A DNA stretch of 63,137 nucleotides, filler included, from Nemertoderma westbladi (lineage: Eukaryota > Animalia > Xenacoelomorpha), in assembly GCA_032718475.1 (NCBI GenBank). It is 4 parts of 4 records of this genome, joined end to end, with 100 filler letters (N's around TTAATTAATTAA, not from the genome) between each part and the next. Parts side by side here need not be neighbours in the genome. Positions count along the whole stretch, not along the records: positions 1 to 24,389 come from JAUCBJ010007304.1; 3 more parts are not named here. One strand, written 5' to 3'. Shown here one piece after another: positions 12,223-24,100 of this stretch. Numbering within the stretch: position 1 is the first letter of the stretch; each line of letters starts with the position of its first letter. Below the pieces are notes generated by a model. It was not told the DNA's origin. It saw only the letters and a list, made by a program, of their open reading frames with translations, and made no database searches. A program made the position numbers and the translations under genes.

Positions 12223-13371
12223 TGTTCGCGCTTTCAGACCTTTAGCAGTTTAACCTGCCAAATTTGGATGTCTTTTAGATGATAGATAGTCTTTAGCCTA
12301 TGACAAGTATTTGATACACTACATTAGCCGAAACCAGTCTATGCGCGATCATTCACCCGCTGGATATACCCGGGAGACTGGGTTCGGGAGCCTAACCGTA
12401 TTGCGGGGTAGGCCTACTGTATTATTCGACTGATCGTAATATATATAATCTCTGACAAATATTATTCACTTTCGGGAAATATTAACAGTTCCTTTAGGAC
12501 GTGGCGCTTTAAATATATAAACAGAGTTATGACTTAAACTAGACACAACGGGATGGCTATAGATTCACGTATATGGCGCATTCTTTAGGAGATGCTTCGT
12601 TATCAATCACGATCATACACAATACTGCACAATGCTGCACCCTAATCTGCCGACCTTCACTAATTTTAGTCACATATAAGGAGAACAACAGACAATACGT
12701 GTAGGGCCTATAAAATAGCATTAGATTCACTTCAAACCACTTAATGTAAGTCGCAATCGTTATATGTATCCGGTCTCTCTAACCTTTAGTATATCAAGAA
12801 GATTGGGGTGTCTGATTGTTTATCAGTATTCCAAATATAATATTCCATCAACAAATATAATGAATAACCGACAGTAAATAGCAGTACAAAGTTTAAGGTA
12901 TGAAGAAGATATGTTGTGTTATGTTATGATAACGGATATACGTTCTATAATTAAGCCTACTAATGTTGAACTAAAGACTGAAACACGGAGGTTCCACGCC
13001 GGTGTTGTAGGCTGTGGACAAAATCACATACTGACTCACTTCACTAGTTTCTATATACAATCTCCAACACAGAGGCAAAAAACGCTCTGATTGGTCGACC
13101 GAACAAAGAGAGAACAAAGAACAAAGAGATGTTCCACGTGGCAATATCAGCTGTTAGCCGTCGTCATGGTAGCTACACTGTTTCAAGAGGATCCGGCGTA
13201 TTGCGTCATAGAATTGCTAATCATGTCCGCTAAAGTACACATACAGAAGAAATGGCTTTTATGTCCTCTAAAACAACAATACAGTAAGGACACGGCCTTT
13301 TATGCCTGTTAAACCAACTACAGAGTACTTTACGGGGAAAATAACCGGCTAATTACGCAAAAGCCTTTACA
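12223..13371 (-). mobile_element. Full-length LTR family S copy 2 (1149 bp), probable 5' LTR of the BEL/Pao element
   Basis: On the minus strand it starts TGTAAAGGCTTTTGCG (matching 49410 TGTAAAAGCTTTTGCG) and ends GCGCGAACA. It lies 2.2 kb upstream of gag in the same orientation. The 5-nt flanks differ (GTTAT/GTCCA), so it is not a simple solo LTR. Confidence 0.75.
13030..13094 (-). promoter_or_regulatory. Putative LTR Pol II promoter: CCAAT box, TATA box and TCAGT initiator
   Basis: CCAATCAGAGCG (13094) is conserved in the copy at 49581. TATATA at 13057-13052 lies ~25 nt before TCAGT at 13034-13030. Confidence 0.55.
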
Positions 13372-13986
13372 GTCCAACCATTATAGAAAACATCAATGAG
13401 TTTATCAATCTGATCATTATTTTTTCATTTAAATTTTTATTTACTTCATGCATTGTTACAATATATACTTATAATTGCACATTATATTTTATGTGAATTA
13501 AAAACAGACAAATTTATGTTGATGAAGTAGGACGCCGCCTTGTTGCAATGCGAGTTGAGTGGCGGTTGCCCTAATCATTTGTTTTTGTTCAAATACGACT
13601 GATGTTGCGGATATAAAAGTTTAATGATTTAACAATTATTTGTTATTATTTGTTTCCAAATTCGTCCCATTATCATTCCAAAAGGAATAAAATTGCATAA
13701 AATTACTTTACATAAAAGTAGAGTGCATTTCTTTTGTCTCTCTTTTTATTACCGGAGTTTGATAGTCGGATTCCACGCCTATAAACGACTAAGTGAAATT
13801 TGGAACAAGATCTTGAAAGCGCAGTGAGTGACATATAGAGTTACTCCACAGTTGTAGAAAAACTACCTGTTGCTCTAAGTAATGGCGTTCTTTAATTAAT
13901 AAATGTAAGTTCCTGTACTTATAATATAGAACGCCTTGCTCTAAATACTTATTATTATTATTATTATTTTTAGCTTGTTATGTGAG

Positions 13987-13999
13987 GTTGCTATGCAAC
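13987..13999 (+). promoter_or_regulatory. RFX X-box upstream of LRRC6
   Basis: GTTGCTATGCAAC, ~160 nt before the ATG of a motile-cilia gene. RFX X-boxes are the established promoter element of ciliary genes. Confidence 0.65.
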
Positions 14000-14160
14000 A
14001 TACAAACACGACAGACAACTGATACAATCAGCAGCTGTGGCTTCTGTCCGTCTGTTGGTGCTGTTTTTTCGAATTCAGTAGGCCTTGCGGTATTGATTAA
14101 ATAAAGCTGTTTCGCATACCGGTAACTGTAGAAGTACGGTACAAATAAGTTCGACAAAAT

Positions 14161-15501
14161 ATGGTTAAAATCACAGAGCAATTACTCCGAAAACGTTCCG
14201 AACATAACAATTGCGAAATTTCTACCTTAGAAGAAGTTTCTTTGCATCAGGAAGATATCGAAAAAATAGAACATTTGGATAAATGGTGCCGGGAACTAAA
14301 GATCCTTTATCTGCAAGGCAATGTAATCGCAAAAATCGAGAACGTGAGCCGGTTAAAAAAGCTAGAGTACTTAAATCTCGCGCTGAACTGTATTGAGCGG
14401 GTTGAGAATCTGGAGGGGTGCGAGTCGTTGAATAAACTTGATTTAACCGTAAATTTTATTGGAGATATAACTTCGTTGTCGTCATTAAAAGGTAATATAC
14501 ATTTGAAAGAACTTTATTTAACTGGTAATCCTTGCGCACAGTACGACGGCTATAGGGAATATGTTATCTCCACGCTCCCCCAACTACAGTCGCTAGATGG
14601 GACCAGAATACACCGGTCACATCAGATAAAAGCCACTCAGGACGTCGAGGAAAAACTCCAAGCGCTGTGGCACCAACAGAACGAGAACATGTTAGAACGC
14701 CAGCGCCAGCGAATAGAGGCGAAACGCGTCGAAAAGGAAGCGAAACTAGTCGACGAAACGGACCTAACTGCGGAAGAGCGGGAGGCGAAACGACGCGACT
14801 TCTGGGCGGAGGAAAGCGGGTACACCCCGGAGGCGCGGGTCGAGATGCAGCGCCGGATCCGAGAGGAGAAAGGAGACGCGGTGGAGCGGCTGGAGAGGAG
14901 CGAACCGAGTCGCACCCGCTCGCTATTCAACGAGGACGGTCGGCCCTACAACGTGAACGAACCGAAGCTCGAGTTTAATCTCTCCGAGAACGATGAGAAA
15001 CAAAGTTACATTCTCGATCTGTCAGTTTACAAACACCTCGATTCGAGTCTGTTGGATGTGGACGTTCAACCCAACTATCTTCGGATTATCGTTAAAGGTA
15101 AAATATTCCAATTGCACCTCCGCAGGGAGGTGAATACGGACCGATCGAAAGCCCAGAGGTCTGGAGTTACTGGTCATCTGTTGCTGACTATGCCATTTAT
15201 GGATGCGTTTATTAAATCGCATACATCAGCAGTTACCGGCGATAGTAAGCTGGTTGGGCGTAGTAGCGATAGTAAGCTGGGGGGACGTAGTAGCGATAGT
15301 AATCTGGGTGGGCGTAGTAGCGATAGTAAGCTGGTTGGGCGTAGTAGCGATAGTGCAACTGATAGTTCGGGGGATACAGAGCAGGTAAGAGGGGCGTTAA
15401 ATAAAAGGGAATGGTTGGAGGTTGGGGATTTATCTTGGAAGAAAGATAAAGTTACCGAATCAGAATGTGTTGACGACTCAGATGTACCTCCCTTAATGTA
15501 A
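14161..15501 (+). CDS. DNAAF11: Dynein axonemal assembly factor 11 (LRRC6/tilB), intronless, 446 aa
   Basis: Starts MVKITEQLLRKRSEHNNCEISTLEEVSLHQ; has LRRs, an LRRcap (GNPCAQYDGYREYVISTLPQL), a CS-like domain (VDVQPNYLRIIVKGKIFQL) and the C-terminus DDSDVPPLM. Confidence 0.95.
   Translation: MVKITEQLLRKRSEHNNCEISTLEEVSLHQEDIEKIEHLDKWCRELKILYLQGNVIAKIENVSRLKKLEYLNLALNCIERVENLEGCESLNKLDLTVNFIGDITSLSSLKGNIHLKELYLTGNPCAQYDGYREYVISTLPQLQSLDGTRIHRSHQIKATQDVEEKLQALWHQQNENMLERQRQRIEAKRVEKEAKLVDETDLTAEEREAKRRDFWAEESGYTPEARVEMQRRIREEKGDAVERLERSEPSRTRSLFNEDGRPYNVNEPKLEFNLSENDEKQSYILDLSVYKHLDSSLLDVDVQPNYLRIIVKGKIFQLHLRREVNTDRSKAQRSGVTGHLLLTMPFMDAFIKSHTSAVTGDSKLVGRSSDSKLGGRSSDSNLGGRSSDSKLVGRSSDSATDSSGDTEQVRGALNKREWLEVGDLSWKKDKVTESECVDDSDVPPLM
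15238..15354 (+). repeat. 27-bp coding minisatellite (SSDSKLxGR x4) in LRRC6
   Basis: GTAGTAGCGATAGTAAGCTGGTTGGGC-like unit repeated about 4 times in frame. Confidence 0.9.
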
Positions 15502-17224
15502 ATTATGTTTGCTAATTGCTACAGTTTTGATTGCTCGAGGCCGTTAGCGTTTAAGTGGTTCCAATGATTGCATATTTATATTCTTCTATTATTGTTTGTT
15601 AAAGTTAAGTTATTTTTCTGAAGTATTTTTTATTGTAATGTCATATAATTATAAATAAGTCTTATAATTGTCACAAAGTATCTCAGTTATTGCGTTTTCC
15701 AGAGATAATAGGTCGTCTTTAAACCAGACACGTACTAACTGTGTTTGTTTGTATATATTCTTATTATAAAAGAAGTCTACAGTAGTTACTAGGTGGGATA
15801 AATATTTCTCCATTTGACGCAACACCGCCGCGGCCGCTATGAGGGAGGTGAATACCGCGGCCGCTCCTAAAGCCGCAGGCCATCGCTAACTATATAGGTT
15901 AACTTGGGATTCTGGGGGACTTTTCGATGAAGGAACAGACCAAATTTTTTTATTTTCTCACCAGGGGAGCGGCTCGGAATTCTAAGATATTAGCAACTCT
16001 AACATTATTAAATCTAACCCTTCGACGGACACGGCGGACAAAAATCCGTCATTTTTTCGACAATTTTAAAATTTTTTTGAAAGGCGCTCTACAGTGGCTC
16101 GAAAAAACCCTAGGTAATTGCTTAGCCGACGCCGGGATACGATAGAAGGGATTAATTAGTGAATTCGTTTTTTTTTTCAAAAAAGATTACCACGCCTTTT
16201 TTCAGAAAATGTCCGTCAAAGTTGAAAAAACGGACAAAATGACTTTGCGGGATCCGCTATAACTCGGCTAATATTAATCGTACGGGGACGAAAGTAACGC
16301 GGTTGGAAATGGGAAGAGTGGTACTACCTTCGTATCGAATGGGGGTAAGATATTTATTAAAATTTCGGGTGGAAAAAGGGGCTGTAAATTTGTACGTTTT
16401 TGTCCGTCTTTTTTGGAAAACTTATTTCCGAAATGTTTAATTCGACAACGCGGGTAGGAATCCACTAATTATTTTATGAAACTCTTAGAAGACCATTGGG
16501 GCTACGTTCCTATCGAATGGGGGTACAAAAAATATGTCGGCAATAGGGGCCAAAAAGGGCCAGAATTTGTAAAATAGTTTTTATCGAATAATTTTTTATT
16601 TTTAACTTTAGTTGGTTAAGGTACATTCTATACAGTCAATATCCATACGGGGAATTCAAATATGCTATCGGTTTTGCTCCAAGGATGATATTAAAAAAAT
16701 GAGGGCCAAAATTATAATTTCGCGCTTCAAACTTGCTTCGCGGGAAATCGTCTAGCTCGAAAACTACTTAACTTACGGGAGATTTGTTTACACAGACTTA
16801 TAGTGCGTTAAATTATCTATCTAACAACGTTAATCACAGCGCCGGAGGTATTATAAAACTGGAGCGGCAGGCGATCGTGTGAAATATAATATTTATAAAA
16901 AGGGACGAAACATTTTTTTTTTAACAAATCGCTATTCCATTATAATTTAGCGTATTGCGCCAAAAGTACCTGTAAAAAGTATCAAATTAACCCCGCTATC
17001 TTTTATCTTAACATATATAATTAAAATTACGAATTTTAAGGGTCGAAAAATATCGCGTTATTTTGGCCCTTTTTTTTAATTTTTTTGGGGCCAAAAATAA
17101 CCCCTTCTCAAAAGATTAAGAAAAAAATTACGGCAAAGAATATACCAATTTTATTGAATTTGGACCACCAGAACCGAAGTTAGAGCGATTTTAGTGAAAA
17201 AATAAAAATAATTTTAAATAAGAA

Positions 17225-17299
17225 TGGTCAATATTGGATTTCGAACCCGCGAACTTCGGTTTCATTAACGTGATTGATAACCACTAGACTATGTGACCA
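17225..17299 (-). other. tRNA-like relic or SINE head
   Basis: Minus strand reads TGGTCA...TAGTCTAGTGG (A box)...GGTTCGAAATCC (B box)...TGACCA. No convincing anticodon arm. Confidence 0.45.
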
Positions 17300-17492
17300 A
17301 GAGAATTTGAAATTTTCGAGTGACTATTTTTAAACATCAATAACTTCGGTTCTACAGGGCCGTTTAATCTGAAACTTTTTTCATTGCATAGAGGATAGAT
17401 TGTAGTGTGTGAAATAGGATAAAACTTGGGAAAAGACTTATGTGCACAAAGTGCAAAATGCACTTAAATCTAGTGAACATTTTTTCGATAGT

Positions 17493-18160
17493 TGTTCGCG
17501 CTTTTGAAGACCTTTAGCAGTTTAACCTGCCAAATTTTATATGTCTTTTAGTTAATTAAACCACTTTAGCATACGACAATAATTTATGCTAATACGCAAA
17601 ACATTAGCCGAAATCAGCCCATGCGCGATCATTCACCCGATGGATCTACACCCGGGAGACTGAATTCGGATGCTTGAATTGTATTATTACAGTGTAAGGT
17701 TGCAGTGTATACCTAATGTATTATTCGATAGATCGCTAATAATTAATCTCTGACAGATATTATTGGCTTTCGGGAAATATTAACAGTTCCTTTAGGACGT
17801 GGCGCTTTATCTATTTAAACAGAACTAAGACTTATACTAAAACGCAACGATACTGCTTATGATTAAAGTATAAAGCGTATTCTTTAGGAAATACTTTGTT
17901 ACCAATCACAATCATACACACTATTCTGCCGACCGTCAGTATATTTGATCACACATAAAGAGAGCAGTAATTGACTCACGTAGGGTCTGCTAAATAACAT
18001 TGGATTCAATACACACCACATTAATATAAATCGCAATTGTTATATATAGCCGGTCTCTCTAACCTGTAGTGTTATCAAGAAAATTGGGAATTGGGTGATT
18101 TATCCGTATTCTCCAAATAGCAATATTTCCATCAACAAATATTTACAATTAATAACTGAC
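17493..18160 (-). mobile_element. LTR family S copy 3 (3' portion), interrupted by the Gypsy insertion
   Basis: Colinear with 12223-12870 and ends GCGCGAACA. Homology stops exactly where the Gypsy LTR begins. Confidence 0.85.
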
Positions 18161-21100
18161 CGCCACCCAGTTGGGTAGCACCCACCATTCCCTTTGAGGC
18201 TGTGCCATAGGTCAGGACCGACCCTTCACCTTACTGCTGTTTTTATGTACATCATAGCCTACCGGTTGTTGTGTCTGTGTCTTCCATATTACCGCAGTAC
18301 CGCGTTTGTGCTGCATACCTATCTGTCCCATTATACTGCTATACAGTTATATGAGTTGTGATACATATACATTTGCCTTTGTTGCTGTTCATACACCAGC
18401 TTCTTCTTTACCTTGGCGTGGTGGCAGCTTGTGTTCGATCTCCACTGCCTTGATTACCTAATTTACTTAGTCTGTTATTCCAGTATTTGTATTCTACAAC
18501 TCTACCATTCTGCCATTACCGACACAGGTACTTCTAGCCACTAGGCCTATAGCAAATAGGCCTAGACGACGTTCCCAATCTGCTACACTACCGGTACTTT
18601 CACCAGGGAGAATTCAATTCCTTACAACTGTACAACAGCACCGGTCAGCCAGTGTTCGTTTACTGCATACCGGTACAGCTTTACCTGTTGCAGAACTGAC
18701 TGTCCCCAAAGTAATTATACCCGAATGCCGAACTGTTAGTTTTACCACTATCAAAATCAATCAAACTCAAAAGACGTTTTATTTATTCCAGTACTGCCTG
18801 TCAGCCTTCCCTGCCAATCTACGGTCCGTAGTCAGTCATCAGGTCATGGATCGGCCACAGTTCAAGTCACCACGTTTAGTTGCTCTAACAAAAACAGAAA
18901 CCATAACTACTTTTGAAAACTGGCGTCAGAGTTTACTGTTTAATATATCTCTTTCACCAGAGTTCAAACGCTTTACCCTCCCGGGCACAGTTTGGTTGCC
19001 AGCCACAGACCCTGATCCACACCGCGGTTTTACAAATGATGGCAACGATGTTCCTGCTGCTACCCGGCAGTCTGCTGCGGCGATTGCCCACAGTTTGGAA
19101 ATCATGCTGGGTTTTATCTCTAACCTTGCTCCCATAGTTGCTCGTGAGTCAATCATAAGAGATTCTACATCCTTCCAGTCCATATGGCAAACAATTCGCT
19201 TACATTATGGTTTTCAGCAAACAGGAGCTCAGTTTTTAGCATTCCTGGATCATAAGCTTGAGTTAGACGAACGCCCGGAGGACCTTTATCAACGCCTCCG
19301 TGCATTTATTGATGACAGTTTACTGTCCCCTGAAGTCGGCATACGCCATCATGGTATCGTTCCCACCCAGAAAGAATCTCTTGGTCCAGTAATGGAGAAT
19401 ACCATAGTTGTACTATGGCTTCACTTAGTCCATCCAGCACTACCACGATTAATTGCACAACGCTATGGCACTAACCTTCGTTTAGATACCATTGCTTCTA
19501 TAAAACCAGAGATTTCAGCTGCCCTTCCATCCTTATTGGCGGAACTCAACTCTTCTGAGATCCATACAATGCGGTCAAATGTTTACCGTCCTTCCAACCC
19601 CCGTCCCTCACGATTCCAGTCCCGGAATGGTCCACTTTCGGGTACCTCTGCGCGGTTCTCATACCCCCAGTTCACCCGACCCACACCTGTCAACACCCCT
19701 CGTACATTTGCTGGGCAACGGTCTCCCCCCGTCTGCCCCTTCTGTCAGCTTGCAGGTCGTCGCCATGACCACTTTCTCAGTAGTTATAAATCATTACCTG
19801 TGTCTGACCAACGTTTCCTATCTTCAGTTCGAAATGTTGACATTGTTGATGATTATGCAGATCCATATGCAGAATACAGTAGTATGCCTGAAGAACAGTG
19901 CCAGGATCAGTATTTAGAGGATTGTAGCCCATCCATCAACCGTGTAGCTGTTTCTCATTCCCCTATAATACAGTTATATTATGGGACAACAACTGTTGAT
20001 ATTCTTATAGACAGTGGCGCTGAATCTGATTTAATTCTAGACACGTTTGCCCATAGCCTTGGTGTTAAGGTTAGGCCCAATCACGACCAAGTACCAGCCC
20101 AGGCAGATGGGTCCTCCCGCCTTCGTGTAGTAGGTGATACCATTTTTACATTGGAGCGAAACGGACTCCAGTTCCTGTTCCGTGGTTTAGTCGTGAGTAA
20201 TTTGTCATCGCCAATCCTTGCAGGAATGCCATTTTTGATCTATAATGATATTAGCCTTCATCCGGCTACTCATAGTGTCAGTTTTAGCGATGGATCCACA
20301 CTCAGCTACCGTCCAGAAACCAATAAGTGCCATAATCCACCCCGGGTACGACAGGTCTCTACATCCTGTATCCTCAGAGCAGCCCCTCAATCATCTGTTG
20401 TATGGCCTGGTGATCACCTCAAGGTTCTCGTCCCTCCAGTTGTAGGTTCACACCCTGGTGTTTTGGTTGCTCCCCATACCAAATCATCACTTTCCCGACG
20501 CACCCCATCCAATTGGTTTGCACCAATGTCCCTACCAGTTGAAGACAACTATATATCTATTCCCAATCACTCTCCGGATCCTATCTTTATCCAGCGTAAT
20601 TCTCATGTTGGTGTCGTAACCCCCGTCATGGAGTCTCCTCCCGTGTCTCTCCTCCCAGGTCCAAGCGTTCCTCCAACCATACGATCAGTGAAGGTACCCC
20701 TTATTGATATGATTGAATCCGTTAAAATTGACCCTGACAACATTATGTCTTATCGCGAACGGGCACATTTCCATGATGTTCTCAAGTCATATGCATCCGT
20801 TTTCAATCCCCAGTATACTGGCTATAACGGCCAATCTGGCCCATTTGAGGCTGTTGTAAATATCGGTGCAACTCTGCCCCCCCAACGGAAAGGTCGTGTA
20901 CCCCAGTACTCTCGTAATCGCCTTGTGGAGCTTCAAGCAAGGTTTGATGAATTGGAACAGTTAGGTGTTTTTGCCACCCCAGAAAGTATTGGCGTTAATG
21001 TAGAGTATCTCAATCCCTCATTTCTTGTTTCAAAACCTAATGGTGGAACACGCCTCGTTACTGCTTTCACTGAAGTAGCAAAATTTTGTAAGCCTCAGCC

Positions 21101-24100
21101 TGCCCTTCTACCTGATGTAAATTCTACCCTTCGGGCTATTGGCCAGTTCAAGTATCTAATTAAGACAGACCTAACTAGCGCATTCTATCAAATACCTCTC
21201 CAGAAGTCCTCTATGCGTTATTGTGGTGTTGTCACACCGTTTCGAGGCGTCCGTGTTTATACACGTTGCGCCATGGGAATGCCTGGGTCTGAAACGGCTC
21301 TTGAAGAGCTTTTGACACGAGTCCTAGGAGATTTGCTCGTTTCTGGTTGCGTAATTAAGCTGGCTGACGACCTATATTGTGGGGGTAACACAGTTGATGA
21401 AGCTCATTCTGCCTTTAGCCAGCTCTTAAAAGCCCTCAGTGCCAATGGCCTTTGCTTGGCTGCGTCCAAGACCATTATCTGTCCAAAGTCCACCACCATC
21501 CTTGGCTGGGTATGGTCCCAAGGCACTATATCCGCTTCTTCACACATAACATCCGCTCTATCTAGTTGTGCTCGCCCCGACACCATGCGTTCCTTGCGTT
21601 CATTTATTGGTTCCTATAAGACCCTCACACGAGTTCTTCCCAGATGCTCTGCCTTGATTGGTCCACTTGATTCTCTTCTCACTTCATCACCCCATGAGCC
21701 AATACAGTGGAATGACGAGTCTACAGCTGTTTTCCATCGTGCACAGGCTGCTATACAATCTTGCCACACTGTCTCCCTCACCCAAACTACTGACGAATTA
21801 TTTATTCTTACTGATGCTGCATCAAGCAATGATGGCCTTGGAGCAATCCTTTATGCTAAGAGGGATTCCCGAATGTTAGTAGCAGGTTACTATTCGGCTA
21901 AGTTACAGACCCACCATCATACATGGTTGCCTTGTGAGCTAGAAGCCCTGGCCATTTCAAATGCTATCAAGCATTTCTCACCATTGATTCTTAATAGTTC
22001 ATTACCAACTCAAGTACTCACCGATAGCAAGCCTTGTGTACAGGCATACCAAAAGATGTCCCGTGGTATCTTTTCTAGCAGCCCTCGGATTTTTACTTTT
22101 CTTGCTACTGCAAGCCAGTTTCGTGTTCGGATCACCCATATCAGTGGTAACAGTAATCTTCCTGCTGATTTCCAGAGTAGGAACATTCTCCCATGTGAGT
22201 TACAGAGTTGTCAAATCTGCAAGTTCCTCGCCGAATCAGAAGAGTCACCAGTCGTCAGGGTCCTACCAGTTAAACCTGTCGTACAAGCTCATACCACACT
22301 AGCACCTAATAATTCTATTGATATTTGTCCCCGTCCAGTCTATGCTAATCGCAGTGCGTGGTTAGCTACTCAACGTGAAGACCCCGAACTTGCTCGGGTA
22401 TCGAGTTACCTTTCATATGGTACTCGCCCTGGCAAAAAGGACACTCACAGTCGTGATATCAAACGATATCTTGGATGTGCCATTATAGCTTCTGATGGTC
22501 TTCTTATTGTCCGCCATGACCGACCTTTTTCCTCCGTTCGTGAATCAATTGTTGTGCCCAGGAGCAGTCTACCAGGTTTGTTGATGTCTCTTCATTTGGA
22601 GCTTAATCATCCTTCCCGTACCCAGCTTCGGAAGGTTTTTCTCCGGTATTTCTTTGCCCTTGATCTGGATTCCACACTCGATACTACCATTAGATCATGT
22701 CATCAGTGTGTTGCACTTAGTACAGCTCCTCCACAATTAATACCACAATCAGCATCCAACCCACCTGCTGTTCTTGGTATTTCCTTTGCTGCAGACGTAT
22801 TTCGCCAACATCGACAGTACATATTGCTTGTTCGTGAGACATTATCATCATTTACCACATCATGTGAAATCGCAGATGAGCGTTCTGAAACCCTCCGTAA
22901 TGCTTTAATATTATTAACCTCAAACCTGGTTCCAATCAGTGGCCCCCCTGCCGTGATACGCGTGGATCCTGCACCAGCCTTCAAATCACTTGATGGTGAT
23001 GCCTTTCTTCTACGCCATAATATAAGACTGGAAATAGGTAATCCCAAGAATATAAACAAGAACCCAGTAGCGGAACATGCCATTGGTGAATTAAAACGGG
23101 AGCTACTCCGTCACCAGCCTGCAGGTGGTCCCTTCTCTGCTGTCGTATTAGCAGTATGCACTGCTCGCGTAAACGCCCTCCTGCGATCATCTGGTCTCTC
23201 TGCTCGTGAGATTCTATTCGCCCGCGATCAAAACACGGGTGATCAAATCCCAGTCAGTGATGTATCACTCTCCATCACTCAACGTCAACGCCGCGATGAA
23301 AACCATGATGCCAGTGCTCGTTCCAAAACACCTAGACCTCGTTTGTTACCCTCTTCACCCCCCATTAGGGTTGGTGATCTTGTCTACCTCCGAAGTGATG
23401 ATCATAAGTTACATGCTCGTTGTCGTTACCTAGTTGCCTCTATTGATGGTGAGTGGGCATCAATCCGCAAATTTGTGGGCACACAGTATCGCACCCTTGC
23501 CTATCGCGTGCCTCTCCATGATTGTTACTCAATACCATCTATTTCACCAGTGTGTAACCCCACACCCAGTGAATCTGATGATGATGACGTGGAGGTGCTT
23601 ACACCAGTTGACAAAATGGGTTCTGTCAAACCAGCTGAGGGCCATCGTAGTGATGGAGATGAATTTACTATACCCGCCCCATCAACACCTAGCTCTGAGA
23701 CCCCTCTCCCTTTGTCTCGAGCTGATTGCGATGAAGTCTCGCCAATCGTTGCTCCACCTGATCCCATCCCACCACAGGATGCAGCCTCTCGATGGCCGCG
23801 ACGCACCCGAAATCCTCCAAAATACTACGGGTATCCGAATCAGTGATGTCTCAAACATTAAATGCTCATCACATACTGCCCTTCCCTACATACGAGTTGA
23901 TTAATATACCTCAGCGAAACTCCTCTGACTCATTTATTAGAGAAGCTCCTATGACTCATTTATTAGTCATTATTTGGTGTTGGTGTTGGTTTGTACCATA
24001 TAATTAATACTTTACCTGACTCAGAACTTATATTAACGTGTATAGTTTAACGCTAGGTTGTTTGTGTTTGTGTTTGATAATTGTATATCCTACTGTAGTA

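Noticed and set aside
12223-12700. Assigning the structured LTR RNA to hammerhead, HDV, group I/II intron or dicistrovirus IGR IRES
   Set aside because: Diagnostic motifs (CUGAUGA/GAAA core, domain V, P7, CAGCC loop) were not found by eye; left unclassified.
17225-17299. Functional tRNA gene (also 41380-41477, 48450-48510, 59599-59700)
   Set aside because: A/B boxes are present but no complete cloverleaf; better explained as SINE heads or relics.
15780-17480. Probable non-autonomous DNA transposon relic
   Set aside because: The composition looks repeat-like, but no termini, TSD or ORF could be demonstrated.
17481-17492. Shared TATCGAAA just outside LTR copies 3 and 4, suggesting a longer LTR
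   Set aside because: The empty-site comparison at 217/3517 fixes the end at ...ACA, and copies 1 and 2 lack the motif; chance or target preference.
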